Shown here piece after piece: positions 18,810-28,495 of a stretch of 44,574 bases of DNA. Numbering within the stretch: position 1 is the stretch's first letter; the number at the start of each line of letters is the position of its first letter. This stretch comes from a bacterium (GTDB taxonomy: Bacteria > Patescibacteriota > Saccharimonadia > Saccharimonadales > UBA4665), in NCBI GenBank assembly GCA_021846765.1, contig JAJZWH010000001.1:1-44574 (forward strand). The letters are read 5' to 3'. The position numbers were made by a program, and so were the translations under genes. The notes below the pieces were generated by a model. It saw only the letters and a list, made by a program, of their open reading frames with translations, made no database searches and was not told where the DNA came from.

Positions 18810-20244
18810 AAAATCCAAAGCCTACATAAGACACAAACAATTACCAATCAGCAAACAAGATCAAGGATGGTTGCTTATTTCGGCCATAGTCATGATTCTT
18901 TTCTTGACCGCGGTCGGTTTAACAATTAGTCAATTGGTTATTGTTGAATACCAAGATACTAGAATCGAAGAATACACCCAAAACGCTCAATTAGCTGCTG
19001 AAGCTGGAATTGAACAAAGTGTTGACGAATTAAACGCCAACAGCTCTTTTGCCGGCTACTCTACACCCCAGCAATTTTTCAATAACTCAGTTCAAGGAAT
19101 AGGTTATTTTACTACTACTATTACTACCAATTCTAATGGCACTTCTAAGACAATAGTATCCAAAGCTGATGTCTACCAAACAGCTAACGACACGACTCCA
19201 TCAGCCACTAATGCAATTAAAGTTACCGTTGTCGACACTAGTAGTGCTGGTTATTCAGTAATGTCCGGACCAGGAGGTTTAATTTTAAGCGGCAGCGCTA
19301 ATGTAGTTAACTCAAACGTCTATGTTGGAGGTACAATTACCATGAATGGTGCTGCCAAGATTGGAACTTACAATAAACCTGTGAATGTGGATGTCGGCAA
19401 CGACGCTTGTCCCACGGGACCCGATCCAGGCTCATCATATCCCGAGGTTTGCGACAATGGCACCCAACCAATTAACATGGCTTATAGTACCAATATTTAT
19501 GGCTCAGTTTGCGCAACTGGTCAAACTAGCACTGGCCCAAACAACAACATTCAAGGTGGTAATGGCGGCCAAGGACTAGAATTAGGTTGTACTGCCCCAA
19601 TAGCATCACCGCCTAGCTATAATAGAATGGCTCAAATTGATGCCGTAACCACTACCGCGTCGGGTTCGAGTAACGATTATGTCTGCAATCAATATCCTTT
19701 TAATAGATCTTGGCCAGCCAATCTAGAACTAACCGGCAATGTATCGATAGGTACCAGTTGTAACATAACAATTAATGGAAATGTCTACGTTACTGGCAAC
19801 TTAACTATCGGAGGAGCATCGACCATTACCGTTGCTAATAGTTTAGGGACAACTCGACCTGTAATTATAGTCGATGGGACTATAACTGTTGGTGGGTCCG
19901 CATCAATGGTTACTAATAGTAGTGGTACGGGTATAGAATTTATTAGTTTTGATAGCGCAGATTCATGCACGACTTCAATTACCAATTATTGCTCAACCAT
20001 CTCTGGTAATGCACTCCAACAATCTCAAACAATGCAAAACGTCACTGTCAAAGGAGCGGTAAATGTTCCTGGAATGATTTTTGATGCTTATTGGAGCGAA
20101 GTAACAATTAGCGGTAGCGGGAATGTTGGAGCCGCAACCGGTCAAACAGTTAATCTGGATGGATCAGGTTCTGTACTTTTTGGCACCAACTTAGCTTCTA
20201 GTAGTGGCACTTGGTCAATAACTAGTTACGAACCAGACTATTAA
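18802..20244 (+). CDS. Large PilX-N-like pilus-associated protein with a Gly/Thr/Asn-rich beta-helix-like C-terminal part
   Basis: I place the start at ATG 18802 (ATGTTTAA overlaps the upstream stop) rather than at 18751. The hydrophobic N-terminus GWLLISAIVMILFLTAVGL lacks the G|FTLxE cleavage motif. Repeats such as GNVYVTGNLTIGGASTITV are present. Confidence 0.65.
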   Translation: MFKKSKAYIRHKQLPISKQDQGWLLISAIVMILFLTAVGLTISQLVIVEYQDTRIEEYTQNAQLAAEAGIEQSVDELNANSSFAGYSTPQQFFNNSVQGIGYFTTTITTNSNGTSKTIVSKADVYQTANDTTPSATNAIKVTVVDTSSAGYSVMSGPGGLILSGSANVVNSNVYVGGTITMNGAAKIGTYNKPVNVDVGNDACPTGPDPGSSYPEVCDNGTQPINMAYSTNIYGSVCATGQTSTGPNNNIQGGNGGQGLELGCTAPIASPPSYNRMAQIDAVTTTASGSSNDYVCNQYPFNRSWPANLELTGNVSIGTSCNITINGNVYVTGNLTIGGASTITVANSLGTTRPVIIVDGTITVGGSASMVTNSSGTGIEFISFDSADSCTTSITNYCSTISGNALQQSQTMQNVTVKGAVNVPGMIFDAYWSEVTISGSGNVGAATGQTVNLDGSGSVLFGTNLASSSGTWSITSYEPDY

Positions 20245-20316
20245 ACTTAAGGTCAATAAGATGCTATAATTTTTAATAGAATAAGCATTATTTAAATAAT
20301 TTAACAAAAATATCCG

Positions 20317-20805
20317 ATGATTAAACAAAAACTAAGCAGTAGCAATCGAGGTTTTACCTTAGTAGAACTAATGATTATATTAGTATCTCTAGGTATTATA
20401 GTGGCGATTATTTATCATACGTATTCAGGTATTCAAAACCAATCTATTAATACTAAAAAAGAAACGGCTATTAGAACTCTTCAAGAATCAATAGAAAAAT
20501 TTTATTCTAAAAATATGTATTATCCCAGCCTGGCCAATATTAACAGTAGCGCCTGGCGAAACATTAATATGCCCGGCTTAACCAATACAATGCTTAAAGA
20601 CCCTACTTGGACAACTAAAAATACTTTGTGTAATTTAGAAGGAAAGGCTATTTTATTATCTACTCCTCAACCAGGATGTTACGGTTATTCCCCTACCAAC
20701 AATGGTGCAAGCTGCGCTAACAGCGATAAAACCTGTTCTGAATATACACTAAGTGCCATATTAGAAGGCAATAAAGGACTATATACTTTGCATCAATTAG
20801 ATTAA
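20317..20805 (+). CDS. Second type IV pilin-like protein
   Basis: N-terminal RG|FTLVELMIILVSLGII. C-terminal Cys pairs are present. Confidence 0.75.
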   Translation: MIKQKLSSSNRGFTLVELMIILVSLGIIVAIIYHTYSGIQNQSINTKKETAIRTLQESIEKFYSKNMYYPSLANINSSAWRNINMPGLTNTMLKDPTWTTKNTLCNLEGKAILLSTPQPGCYGYSPTNNGASCANSDKTCSEYTLSAILEGNKGLYTLHQLD

Positions 20806-20859
20806 TTTATTTTTATTGTAAAAAGTAAGTTATAATTAACTTAAAAGGCATACGCTTGG

Positions 20860-21969
20860 ATGGGCAAAATACAAAAATTACCAAACTTTTTTAAAGACAG
20901 ACCCCTGTTCGGTCTAGATATAGGCAATGGTTCGTTAAAGGTAATGCAAACTGAACCTGGTTCTAATACTGATGCGATTGGTCAAAGTGCCCGTAATGTC
21001 TGTAGATTAATTGGTTATGGCAGTTGTCATTTTGCCCCAGAGGCAATCAATAATGGGGTAATTATCCAGCCAGAAATAATAGCTGAAGCAGCTAAAAATT
21101 TATTTTCCAGTCATCTTATTGGCGACATTACAACCAATAGAACGTCATTAACTATTCCTTCCTATAGATCTTTTACTAGGTCTTTAATATTACCCGAATT
21201 ATCTGATAAAGAATTAGCTGATGCCATTAATACAGAGGCCGAACAATACATACCAGTTCCTATAGAAAAACTATATATTGACTTTGAACCAATTCGTACA
21301 TTAAAAGACACTAGAGAGTATCTAATGGTAGCGGTGCCTAAAGAAATTGTAGATTCATATATAGACTTAGCGTCAATCGTGGGACTTGAAGTTGTTAGCA
21401 TCGAAACTACCATGAGTTCGGCTGGTCGACTATTTTCTCATGACTACCAAAGCGATGTACCGACTATTATAATTGACTTCGGTTCGCTATCCTCAGATAT
21501 AAGTATTTTTGACAAAGTAATGTTAACTTCAAGTACCGTTCAAGGAGGTGGAGAAGTTTTTACCAAAACTATAGAAAAAACATTAAAAGTTACAGCTCAG
21601 GAAGCTCATATCATTAAAACTCGTTACGGCTTAGGAGTTAGTAAAAGACAAAAGGAAGTTCAAGCTGGTCTTGAACCAGTATTTAATCAAATAGTCAAAG
21701 AAATAAGAAGATTAATTAGATACTATGAAGAAAATTATGGCGCAGAAAGACCGATATCTCAAATTGTTACTCTTGGCGGTGGAAGTAATATACCAGGGCT
21801 AAATGAATTCCTCACCAATCAACTTCGTCTAGCAGTTAGACCTTGTGATCCTTGGCAATATCTTAGGGTAAATAAACTGAAATTACCTACTCATGCCGAT
21901 AAACAAATGTATGCGACAGTCGCAGGATTAAGCATGACCAATCCCAAAGAGGTATTTTCAAATGATTAA
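20860..21969 (+). CDS. pilM: Type IV pilus assembly protein PilM (actin-like ATPase fold)
   Basis: Carries FGLDIGNGSLKVMQ and the LGGGSNIPGL phosphate-binding motifs. Confidence 0.85.
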   Translation: MGKIQKLPNFFKDRPLFGLDIGNGSLKVMQTEPGSNTDAIGQSARNVCRLIGYGSCHFAPEAINNGVIIQPEIIAEAAKNLFSSHLIGDITTNRTSLTIPSYRSFTRSLILPELSDKELADAINTEAEQYIPVPIEKLYIDFEPIRTLKDTREYLMVAVPKEIVDSYIDLASIVGLEVVSIETTMSSAGRLFSHDYQSDVPTIIIDFGSLSSDISIFDKVMLTSSTVQGGGEVFTKTIEKTLKVTAQEAHIIKTRYGLGVSKRQKEVQAGLEPVFNQIVKEIRRLIRYYEENYGAERPISQIVTLGGGSNIPGLNEFLTNQLRLAVRPCDPWQYLRVNKLKLPTHADKQMYATVAGLSMTNPKEVFSND

Positions 21970-22570
21970 TTTAATGCCTCCTGAAATAAAAAAATCATAT
22001 TACTATGCTGAGAAAAATGACAAATTAATTAAGTTAGTACTCCTACTTATTATTGGTTTATTGGGAATTGGCATAATCGGAACCTATGGATGGGTTAGTT
22101 TGCATAGATCAATTAATTCCCAAAAGCAAAACGTAGCATATTTAAAAACAAATTTACAAAAGAATAATCTTGTAGCAACAGAAAATCAGGTAACAACTAT
22201 ATCCAATGATTTCTCTTTAGTTGTTAAAGTTTTATCTCAAGAAGTAGTTTTCTCAAAATTATTAACCCAAATGGCCGGAGCACTGCCCAGTGGAGTAAAC
22301 TTAACCAATCTAACTATTAACAACACAACATCTGGTTCGGGATTAGACATTACAGCAGAAGCACTCAATTACAACCTAGCAACACAAGTACAAGTCAATT
22401 TAGCCGACCCGGTAAATGGTATTTTCTCTAAAGTAGATATAGTCAATATTAGCTGTAATAGTCAAACATCCTCAGGCACAGTGGCCACTTATCCTTGTAT
22501 TGTTAACCTTAGAGCTGAATTTGCTAAAAACAACCAGTTTCTATTTATTAATCAAGGGACTAGCAAATAA
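21962..22570 (+). CDS. pilN: PilN-like bitopic protein
   Basis: The start motif INLMPPE, a single TM helix, and its position after pilM (8-nt overlap). Confidence 0.7.
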   Translation: MINLMPPEIKKSYYYAEKNDKLIKLVLLLIIGLLGIGIIGTYGWVSLHRSINSQKQNVAYLKTNLQKNNLVATENQVTTISNDFSLVVKVLSQEVVFSKLLTQMAGALPSGVNLTNLTINNTTSGSGLDITAEALNYNLATQVQVNLADPVNGIFSKVDIVNISCNSQTSSGTVATYPCIVNLRAEFAKNNQFLFINQGTSK

Positions 22571-23184
22571 TGAAGTTGAAAATTAATAGTCAAACAATTT
22601 ATTACCTAATGATTAGTCTAGTAGTCCTTATTGTTATTATTAGTCTTATAGCAACGAACGAAATTGTCAGTTTATTGGGTCAGCAAACAAATTCATTAAT
22701 ATCTCTAAAAGCCCAGAGTCAAGCCTTGACTAGTGAACAAGCCAATTTAGTTATAGCTAAAAAAGATGTTCTTAAATATTCTTCATTAGAAAAAATAACT
22801 CAATCAATCGTACCCCAAAATAAAGATCAAGCCCAAGCAGTCAGAGAAATAGTTAATCTGGCTCAACAAAATAATATAACCCTTAACTCTATAATTTTTC
22901 CAACTTCAACACTAGGTAACACAATTCAACCCAGCTCTAAGCTCTCCCTGTCCCAACTTACTCCAGTCAAAGGAATACCGCGAGTATACACACTGCCAAT
23001 TCAAGTACAAGTTAACCAAACAAATGATGCTGTCAGCTATGGTAGTTTTTATAATTTCTTAACAGACCTTGAACAAAACAGATTAACTTCTCAGGTTACC
23101 AGTTTAACCATTCAACCCCTAGCAACAAATCCCAAGCTAATTACCTTTTCGCTAACAATAAATGAATATATAAAACCATTATGA
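22570..23184 (+). CDS. pilO: PilO-like bitopic protein
   Basis: Single N-terminal TM helix plus a coiled coil. Its start overlaps the pilN stop by 1 nt. Confidence 0.55.
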   Translation: MKLKINSQTIYYLMISLVVLIVIISLIATNEIVSLLGQQTNSLISLKAQSQALTSEQANLVIAKKDVLKYSSLEKITQSIVPQNKDQAQAVREIVNLAQQNNITLNSIIFPTSTLGNTIQPSSKLSLSQLTPVKGIPRVYTLPIQVQVNQTNDAVSYGSFYNFLTDLEQNRLTSQVTSLTIQPLATNPKLITFSLTINEYIKPL

Positions 23185-23477
23185 ATAAAACTAAAAAACC
23201 AACAACCAACCAAAATATTCAAGCTATTGCCATTAAGCTTAAAAAATTTGCATGGTTAATTATATTAATCTTTTTCTTGATTATTTATGGATATATATAC
23301 CTGAAGATTAATAGTTTCGAAAGCCAACAACCATCATCGTCGGCCATTAGTTCTGACTTAAAAACTAGCGTTCAGCCAACTATTAACCCTAAGGTTGTTC
23401 AACAACTAGAAACACTTAAAAACAACTCGGTTAGCGTACAGGCATTATTTAATCAAGCTCGACACAATCCATTTTAA
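23181..23477 (+). CDS. Small bitopic membrane protein, last gene of the pilus operon
   Basis: ATGA overlap with pilO and one TM helix (FAWLIILIFFLIIYGYIYL). Confidence 0.5.
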   Translation: MNKTKKPTTNQNIQAIAIKLKKFAWLIILIFFLIIYGYIYLKINSFESQQPSSSAISSDLKTSVQPTINPKVVQQLETLKNNSVSVQALFNQARHNPF

Positions 23478-23490
23478 ATTTTAGTAATAG

Positions 23491-24525
23491 TCAAATTAAG
23501 GAAGCTTGATTGTTATCCTGGTTATTAATTTTGCCTAAATGGATGTAGGATTTAGAAGTTACTTTTCTTCCCCTAGGCGTACGTTCCAATAGACCTATCT
23601 GTAATAAATAAGGTTCTATCATATCCTCAATAGTCGTTCTTTCTTCGGCGGTAATAGCTGCTAAAGTTTCAACTCCAACCGGACCTCCATTGTAGTTATC
23701 AATTATAGTAGCTAGCAATAAACGATCAGTAGGATCTAGACCAAGCTCATCTATATCTAATAATTCCAAAGCTTTATAAGCCGTATCAGAGTCTATAATT
23801 CCGTCTCCATTAATATCCGCAAAATCTCTAACTCTCTTTAGCAACCGATTAGAAATCCTTGGTGTTAAACGAGACCTAACAGCTAATATATTGGCTGCCG
23901 ATGATTCAATTTTAACATTTAAAATCTTTGCTGCTCGATTAATAATTGCTTCAATCTGAGGAATAGTATAAAAATCTAAACGATGCACCAACCCAAATCT
24001 ATCTCTTAGCGGAGCTGCAATCGCTCCGCTTCTTGTTGTTGCTCCAATAATCGTAAAGTGTGGTAAATCGAGTCTTAAACTTCTAGCCGATGGCCCCTTG
24101 CCGATCATAATATCTAACTTAAAGTCTTCCATGGCTGTATATAAAACTTCCTCAACAGTTCGATGTAAACGATGAATTTCGTCTATAAATAAAATATCTC
24201 CATCAGAAAGATTAGTTAATAAACTAGCTAAATCACCTGGTCTTTCGACTGCCGGTCCGCTAGTAATCCTAATCTGAGCATTCATTTCGTTGGCAATCAC
24301 ACTGGCCATAGTAGTTTTGCCTAAGCCAGGAGGTCCATAGAGCAAGACATGATCCAATTGTTCATTTCTTTTTTGAGCAGCAGCAATAGCTAGCTTTAAA
24401 TTGTCCTTTAATCGATCTTGGCCAATATAGCTATTAAAATCCTTGGGTCTAAGGGTATTCTCTATTAACGAATCATCATTTTCTAATTCATTATCCGATT
24501 TGGAATTAACTATTCGATCTATCAT
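23491..24525 (-). CDS. ruvB: Holliday junction helicase RuvB
   Basis: Carries [21 protein letters not shown], and DEIHRL followed by GATTR. Confidence 0.95.
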   Translation of the reverse strand: MIDRIVNSKSDNELENDDSLIENTLRPKDFNSYIGQDRLKDNLKLAIAAAQKRNEQLDHVLLYGPPGLGKTTMASVIANEMNAQIRITSGPAVERPGDLASLLTNLSDGDILFIDEIHRLHRTVEEVLYTAMEDFKLDIMIGKGPSARSLRLDLPHFTIIGATTRSGAIAAPLRDRFGLVHRLDFYTIPQIEAIINRAAKILNVKIESSAANILAVRSRLTPRISNRLLKRVRDFADINGDGIIDSDTAYKALELLDIDELGLDPTDRLLLATIIDNYNGGPVGVETLAAITAEERTTIEDMIEPYLLQIGLLERTPRGRKVTSKSYIHLGKINNQDNNQASLI

Positions 24526-24548
24526 CTAACTGCTATTTTAACAGCTTA

Positions 24549-25370
24549 TTAAGGAACAAGCTCAGGATTCCAACAAGTTCTTAAGTTTTTATCTTGTTTT
24601 TTGAGTAAATCAATTTCCACATTACTTAATTTAAAATTAAATATATCAATATTTTCTTTAATTCTATCTGGATTCACTGACTTTGGGATAATAACTACTT
24701 CTTGTTGTAGGGCCCAACGTAACATGATTTGAGCGTAACTTTTATTATATTTATCGGACAATTGTTTTATAACCTGATTATCCATAGCTTTAGCGTGTGC
24801 TAAAGGAGAATAAGCTTCCACGACTATTCCCTTTTTTGAACAATACTCTCTTAGTTTTGATTGTTGCAAGAAAACGTGCATCTCAACTTGATTAATTGAT
24901 GGCAATTCTTTTGCATATTCTTCCATGCTTAATAGATGTCTTGGGGTAAAATTACTAACTCCAATTGATTTAGTCAAACCTTGAGTTTTTAATTCTTCAA
25001 CCGTTAACCAAGTTTTTTTTCTTAAGACCGGAACAGGAAAATGGAGTAACAATAAATCAACATAGCTAATATCTAAATTTTTTAAAGATTGCTCAAAGCT
25101 TTTACGACTTTTTTTGTCTCCAAAATTTTGAACAGCTATTTTAGTAGTTATAAAAATTTCCTGTCGACTAATTTTAGATTGTTTAATGGCTCGCCCCAAA
25201 TAAGCTTCATTGTGATAAGCTTGGGCAGTATCGAAATGACGATAGCCTGCTTCAATAGCTGCATTAAAGGCCTTGGAAAATTTTTTTTCATCAGTTATTT
25301 GCCATAAACCTAGCCCTACTTGAGGTATAGAATTGCCGTCATTTAACTTTATTAGTGGTACTTTAATCAC
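24549..25370 (-). CDS. Aldo/keto reductase (DkgA-like)
   Basis: Carries GYRHFDTAQAYHNE and IGVSNF, and is 273 aa long. Confidence 0.85.
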   Translation of the reverse strand: MIKVPLIKLNDGNSIPQVGLGLWQITDEKKFSKAFNAAIEAGYRHFDTAQAYHNEAYLGRAIKQSKISRQEIFITTKIAVQNFGDKKSRKSFEQSLKNLDISYVDLLLLHFPVPVLRKKTWLTVEELKTQGLTKSIGVSNFTPRHLLSMEEYAKELPSINQVEMHVFLQQSKLREYCSKKGIVVEAYSPLAHAKAMDNQVIKQLSDKYNKSYAQIMLRWALQQEVVIIPKSVNPDRIKENIDIFNFKLSNVEIDLLKKQDKNLRTCWNPELVP

Positions 25371-25375
25371 TTGAA

Positions 25376-25957
25376 CTATTTCCTTTCTTTTAATGCTTTA
25401 GTTATTCGTTGTTCTAGGGATAAATTTTGATCAATAGTACTTAAGGCTGTTCGAGCATCATAAATAGAATAGCCGAGACTAACCAAAGCTTGAACCGCTT
25501 CATCATCGTCCCCGTCGCCACTTCTATTGACAATCGCTTCGGCTGTCATAGAAGACATTAGCCCAACTTTATCCCTAAGCTCAACTATAATCTGTTCTGC
25601 AGCACGTCGACCAACACCTTTAGCTGTTTGCAACAGCTTAGTATCACCACCAGCAATAGCTTGCTTAACACTATCGACCGAACCGATATTAAGAACAGCC
25701 AGAGCAACTCTTGGGCCAACATTTTTAACAGATAATAGCTTTTCAAATAATTGCTTCTCGATCAAAGACTGAAAGCCATATAGATCATGAACATCTTCCT
25801 TTAATTGTTCGTAAATATATAATTTCTGTTCTTTGCCAGTTTCTATTTTTGCTATTTCCATATCTGTTAGAAAAACTTCATAACCGAGACCGTATGTATT
25901 AACTACAATTCGATCAATTAACTTTTCTTCAACTAGTCCTGTGATTGAGGCAATCAT
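25376..25957 (-). CDS. ruvA: Holliday junction DNA-binding protein RuvA
   Basis: The MIASITG start, two HhH motifs (VKNVGPRVALAVL, AKGVGRRAAEQII), and a C-terminal domain III. Confidence 0.9.
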   Translation of the reverse strand: MIASITGLVEEKLIDRIVVNTYGLGYEVFLTDMEIAKIETGKEQKLYIYEQLKEDVHDLYGFQSLIEKQLFEKLLSVKNVGPRVALAVLNIGSVDSVKQAIAGGDTKLLQTAKGVGRRAAEQIIVELRDKVGLMSSMTAEAIVNRSGDGDDDEAVQALVSLGYSIYDARTALSTIDQNLSLEQRITKALKERK

Positions 25958-25994
25958 TAATACTTATTATGTCACACTTTAAGATGATTAATGG

Positions 25995-26486
25995 TCAGGT
26001 TATAAACTGAGCATGAGTAATAGCTGCAGCTAGAGCATCTGCTGCATCATCAGGTTTAGGAATTTGTTCTAAAGTTAAGAGTATCTTAACCATTTCTTGG
26101 ACTTGTTTTTTATCTGCTCTGCCATATCCAGTTATAGCCATCTTAATCTGCAGTGGTGTATATTCTGCAATCTCTAATTTTGCTTGGACTCCAGCTAGTA
26201 AAATAACTCCTCTAGATTGAGCAACAGTCATAGCAGTAGTAACATTACGAGCAAAATATAGTTTTTCAATGCTTAACCATTGAGGTTTATATTCTTCTAT
26301 CAACTGTCTAACTTCATCGTATATTGTTAACAGCCTAAGTTCGGCAGCCTGATTAGCTGGCGTTCTAATAACTCCTGCATCCACTAATCTTAGATTTTTA
26401 CTGTCTGCTTCAATAAAACCAAAGCCTACAATTCCCGTACCTGGATCTATGCCTAAAATCTTTACATTTGATTGATAGTCTTTCAA
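25995..26486 (-). CDS. ruvC: Holliday junction resolvase RuvC
   Basis: ILGIDPGTGIVGFG and the C-terminal DAADALAAAITH. Confidence 0.9.
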   Translation of the reverse strand: MKDYQSNVKILGIDPGTGIVGFGFIEADSKNLRLVDAGVIRTPANQAAELRLLTIYDEVRQLIEEYKPQWLSIEKLYFARNVTTAMTVAQSRGVILLAGVQAKLEIAEYTPLQIKMAITGYGRADKKQVQEMVKILLTLEQIPKPDDAADALAAAITHAQFIT

Positions 26487-26487
26487 T

Positions 26488-27222
26488 TCAGTTAAGCTTA
26501 ACTAATATATCCTCAGGTATATCAAAATTAACATAAGTATTAGTAACATCATCTAAGTCATCTAATGCTTCCATTAATCTTAGTACTTTACCAGCAGTAT
26601 TTAAATCATCTATTTTAACCATATTAGTTGGTACATAAGTTAATTCTGCATCAACTACATTGAAACCACCGTTAAAAAAAGCCAATCTAACTTTATTTAA
26701 ATCTTTAGGATCGGTATAAATAATCGTTCCATCTTCTTCATCAATAATATCGTCAGCTCCTGCTTCAACAGCAGCCTCTAAAACTAAATCACCTTTTTCC
26801 GCTACTCTAATTAATCCTCGTCTTTCAAACTGAAAAGATACACTACCCTTTTCCGCTAAATTACCTCCATGTTTAGAAAATGCAAGTCTAACATCAGGAT
26901 ATGTACGATTTATATTATCTGTCATGCACTCCACCATAATAGCTACCCCACCAGGACCATAGCCTTCATATAACAATTCCTGTAATTGAGTAGCGTCTTT
27001 GTCTTTTTGTCTATCAATCGCTCTTTGAATATTAGACATTGGCATATTAGCAGCCTTAGCTTTATCAATTGCTAGACGTAATGAAAAATTAGTTTCTGGA
27101 TCAGTGCCATTTCTTGCAGCCACAGCAATAGTATTACCTAATCTGGTAAAAACAGCGCCACGAGCTGCATCTTTCACCCCCTTTTGTCGCTTAATAGTAG
27201 ACCATTTACTATGACCGCTCAT
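26488..27222 (-). CDS. yebC: YebC/PmpR family transcriptional/translational regulator
   Basis: The MSGHSKWSTIKRQKG start and the length (244 aa) are canonical. Confidence 0.9.
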   Translation of the reverse strand: MSGHSKWSTIKRQKGVKDAARGAVFTRLGNTIAVAARNGTDPETNFSLRLAIDKAKAANMPMSNIQRAIDRQKDKDATQLQELLYEGYGPGGVAIMVECMTDNINRTYPDVRLAFSKHGGNLAEKGSVSFQFERRGLIRVAEKGDLVLEAAVEAGADDIIDEEDGTIIYTDPKDLNKVRLAFFNGGFNVVDAELTYVPTNMVKIDDLNTAGKVLRLMEALDDLDDVTNTYVNFDIPEDILVKLN

Positions 27223-27286
27223 ATACTATCCTTCTTAATACCATTTTACATCTGTTATTTTAGCACACAAGAATAACTTATAGACA

Positions 27287-27314
27287 TTGACTTTTTATAT
27301 CAACCAAGGATAAT
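27287..27314 (+). promoter_or_regulatory. Sigma70-like promoter TTGACT-16 nt-GATAAT for tRNA-Lys
   Basis: -35 at 27287-27292 and -10 at 27309-27314. The tRNA starts at 27336. Confidence 0.45.
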
Positions 27315-27335
27315 GAAAGAAGTTATTTAAACTAA

Positions 27336-27412
27336 GGGCCCATAGCTCAGCCGGTTAGAGCACCTGCCTTTTAAGCAGGGTGTCGTGGGTTCGAGTCCCA
27401 CTGGGCCCTCCA
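27336..27412 (+). tRNA. tRNA-Lys (anticodon TTT), CCA encoded
   Basis: Acceptor GGGCCCA/TGGGCCC, anticodon stem CCTGC/GCAGG with loop CTTTTAA, T arm GTGGG-TTCGAGT-CCCAC. Confidence 0.9.
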
Positions 27413-27495
27413 ATCTATCCCGAGTTAAAAACTATCGCAACTAAGAGAGGGAGTATATAAAGTCCTTAGCGGGAATAATCTGCTAAAATATTCTT

Positions 27496-28152
27496 GTGAC
27501 CAACCAACAAATAATTCAACAAACCAAAGATTACGTAGAAAAACAATTCAGTGGCGAGGGAACTGGCCATGACTGGTGGCATATGTATAGGGTCTGGAAA
27601 CTAGCAAAACATATAACCTCCAAAGAATCTAAAGCTGATATGTTTGTGGTTGAGTTAGGTGCTTTGCTCCATGATATTGCAGATTGGAAATTCAATGATG
27701 GCGATATGGAAGCGGGACCAAAAGCTGCTCACAAGTGGCTTGAGTCCTTAGGTGTTAACGAAGACATAATTCAAGCAGTTGAAGACATCATACGTAATGT
27801 TTCATTCAAAGGCGCACAAGTTAAACAAAATATGAATTCACTTGAAGGTCAAATAGTCAGCGATGCTGATAAGCTTGATGCGGTTGGGGCTATTGGGATT
27901 GCCCGAACATTTGCATATGGAGGAGCTCATGATACCCCAATTTATGACCCAAATATAAAACCTGTTAATCATAAAACATTTGAGGAATATAAGAACAGTA
28001 AGTCGCATACCATTAACCACTTTTACGAAAAGTTGTTGCTTCTAAAAGATAAGCTATATACACAAACCGCTAGAGATATTGCCACTCATAGACACGAATT
28101 CATGCAACAATACCTAGATGAGTTCTATAAAGAATGGGATGGTGAGCTTTAG
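27496..28152 (+). CDS. HD-domain phosphohydrolase (YedJ-like)
   Basis: GTG start. Carries GHDWWH...LLHDIADWK...DADKLDAVGAIG. Confidence 0.8.
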   Translation: MTNQQIIQQTKDYVEKQFSGEGTGHDWWHMYRVWKLAKHITSKESKADMFVVELGALLHDIADWKFNDGDMEAGPKAAHKWLESLGVNEDIIQAVEDIIRNVSFKGAQVKQNMNSLEGQIVSDADKLDAVGAIGIARTFAYGGAHDTPIYDPNIKPVNHKTFEEYKNSKSHTINHFYEKLLLLKDKLYTQTARDIATHRHEFMQQYLDEFYKEWDGEL

Positions 28153-28180
28153 AAGCCATAAACTTATTAAATAACCCCTA

Positions 28181-28309
28181 CTAGGAATAGACTGAGCTTA
28201 ATCGTTTCTTACTAAGTTGTTCTTGTCTGTATTGATTATCCAAAAGAACTCTCCATCTAAGGAGTTCTTCAACATAAATATATAACTTAATTCCTTGGTG
28301 GGCCTCCAA
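28181..28309 (-). CDS. Mini-gene copy A (42 codons, TTG at the repeat edge): LEAHQGIKLYIYVEELLRWRVLLDNQYRQEQLSKKRLSSVYS
   Basis: One of three gap-free paralogous units. The frame is open to the same TAG in all copies and the substitutions are enriched for synonymous changes. No SD lies upstream and the start codon is uncertain. Confidence 0.5.
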   Translation of the reverse strand: MEAHQGIKLYIYVEELLRWRVLLDNQYRQEQLSKKRLSSVYS

Positions 28310-28402
28310 ATGTTCTTCACAACAGTTTGTAAGATAAGAATATTAGAATTTTAGTTGCATAACTATTGATTCTTGCAGCAATTTGTTTTTCCGTATCTGT
28401 TA
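28303..28402. repeat. Repeat module 2, copy A (~100 nt)
   Basis: Aligns with 29876-29974. The first ~60 nt are about 90% identical by hand count (CCTCCAAATGTTCTTCACAACA.TTTGTAAGATAAGAA...GAATTTTAGTTGCATA). Confidence 0.8.
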
Positions 28403-28495
28403 AAAGGTCTAATCTTACTAGGTGTTTTTGTTTGCACTTATCTCAATTAGCTGTTTTGATTGTAAATATTAATAAATAGTTGATAAAATTATCCC

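Noticed and set aside
28243-28268. A perfect 8-bp hairpin AAGAACTC-(10 nt)-GAGTTCTT in mini-gene unit A.
   Set aside because: Copies C and D cannot form it and show no compensatory changes, so it is probably fortuitous.
28175-28309. Alternative minus-strand reading frame of the 135-nt repeat (WRPTKELSYIFMLKNSLDGEFFWIINTDKNNLVRND), which at first looked like a gene remnant.
   Set aside because: Between copies this frame accumulates radical replacements and different stop positions. The neighbouring frame shows synonymous-rich changes and a shared stop.
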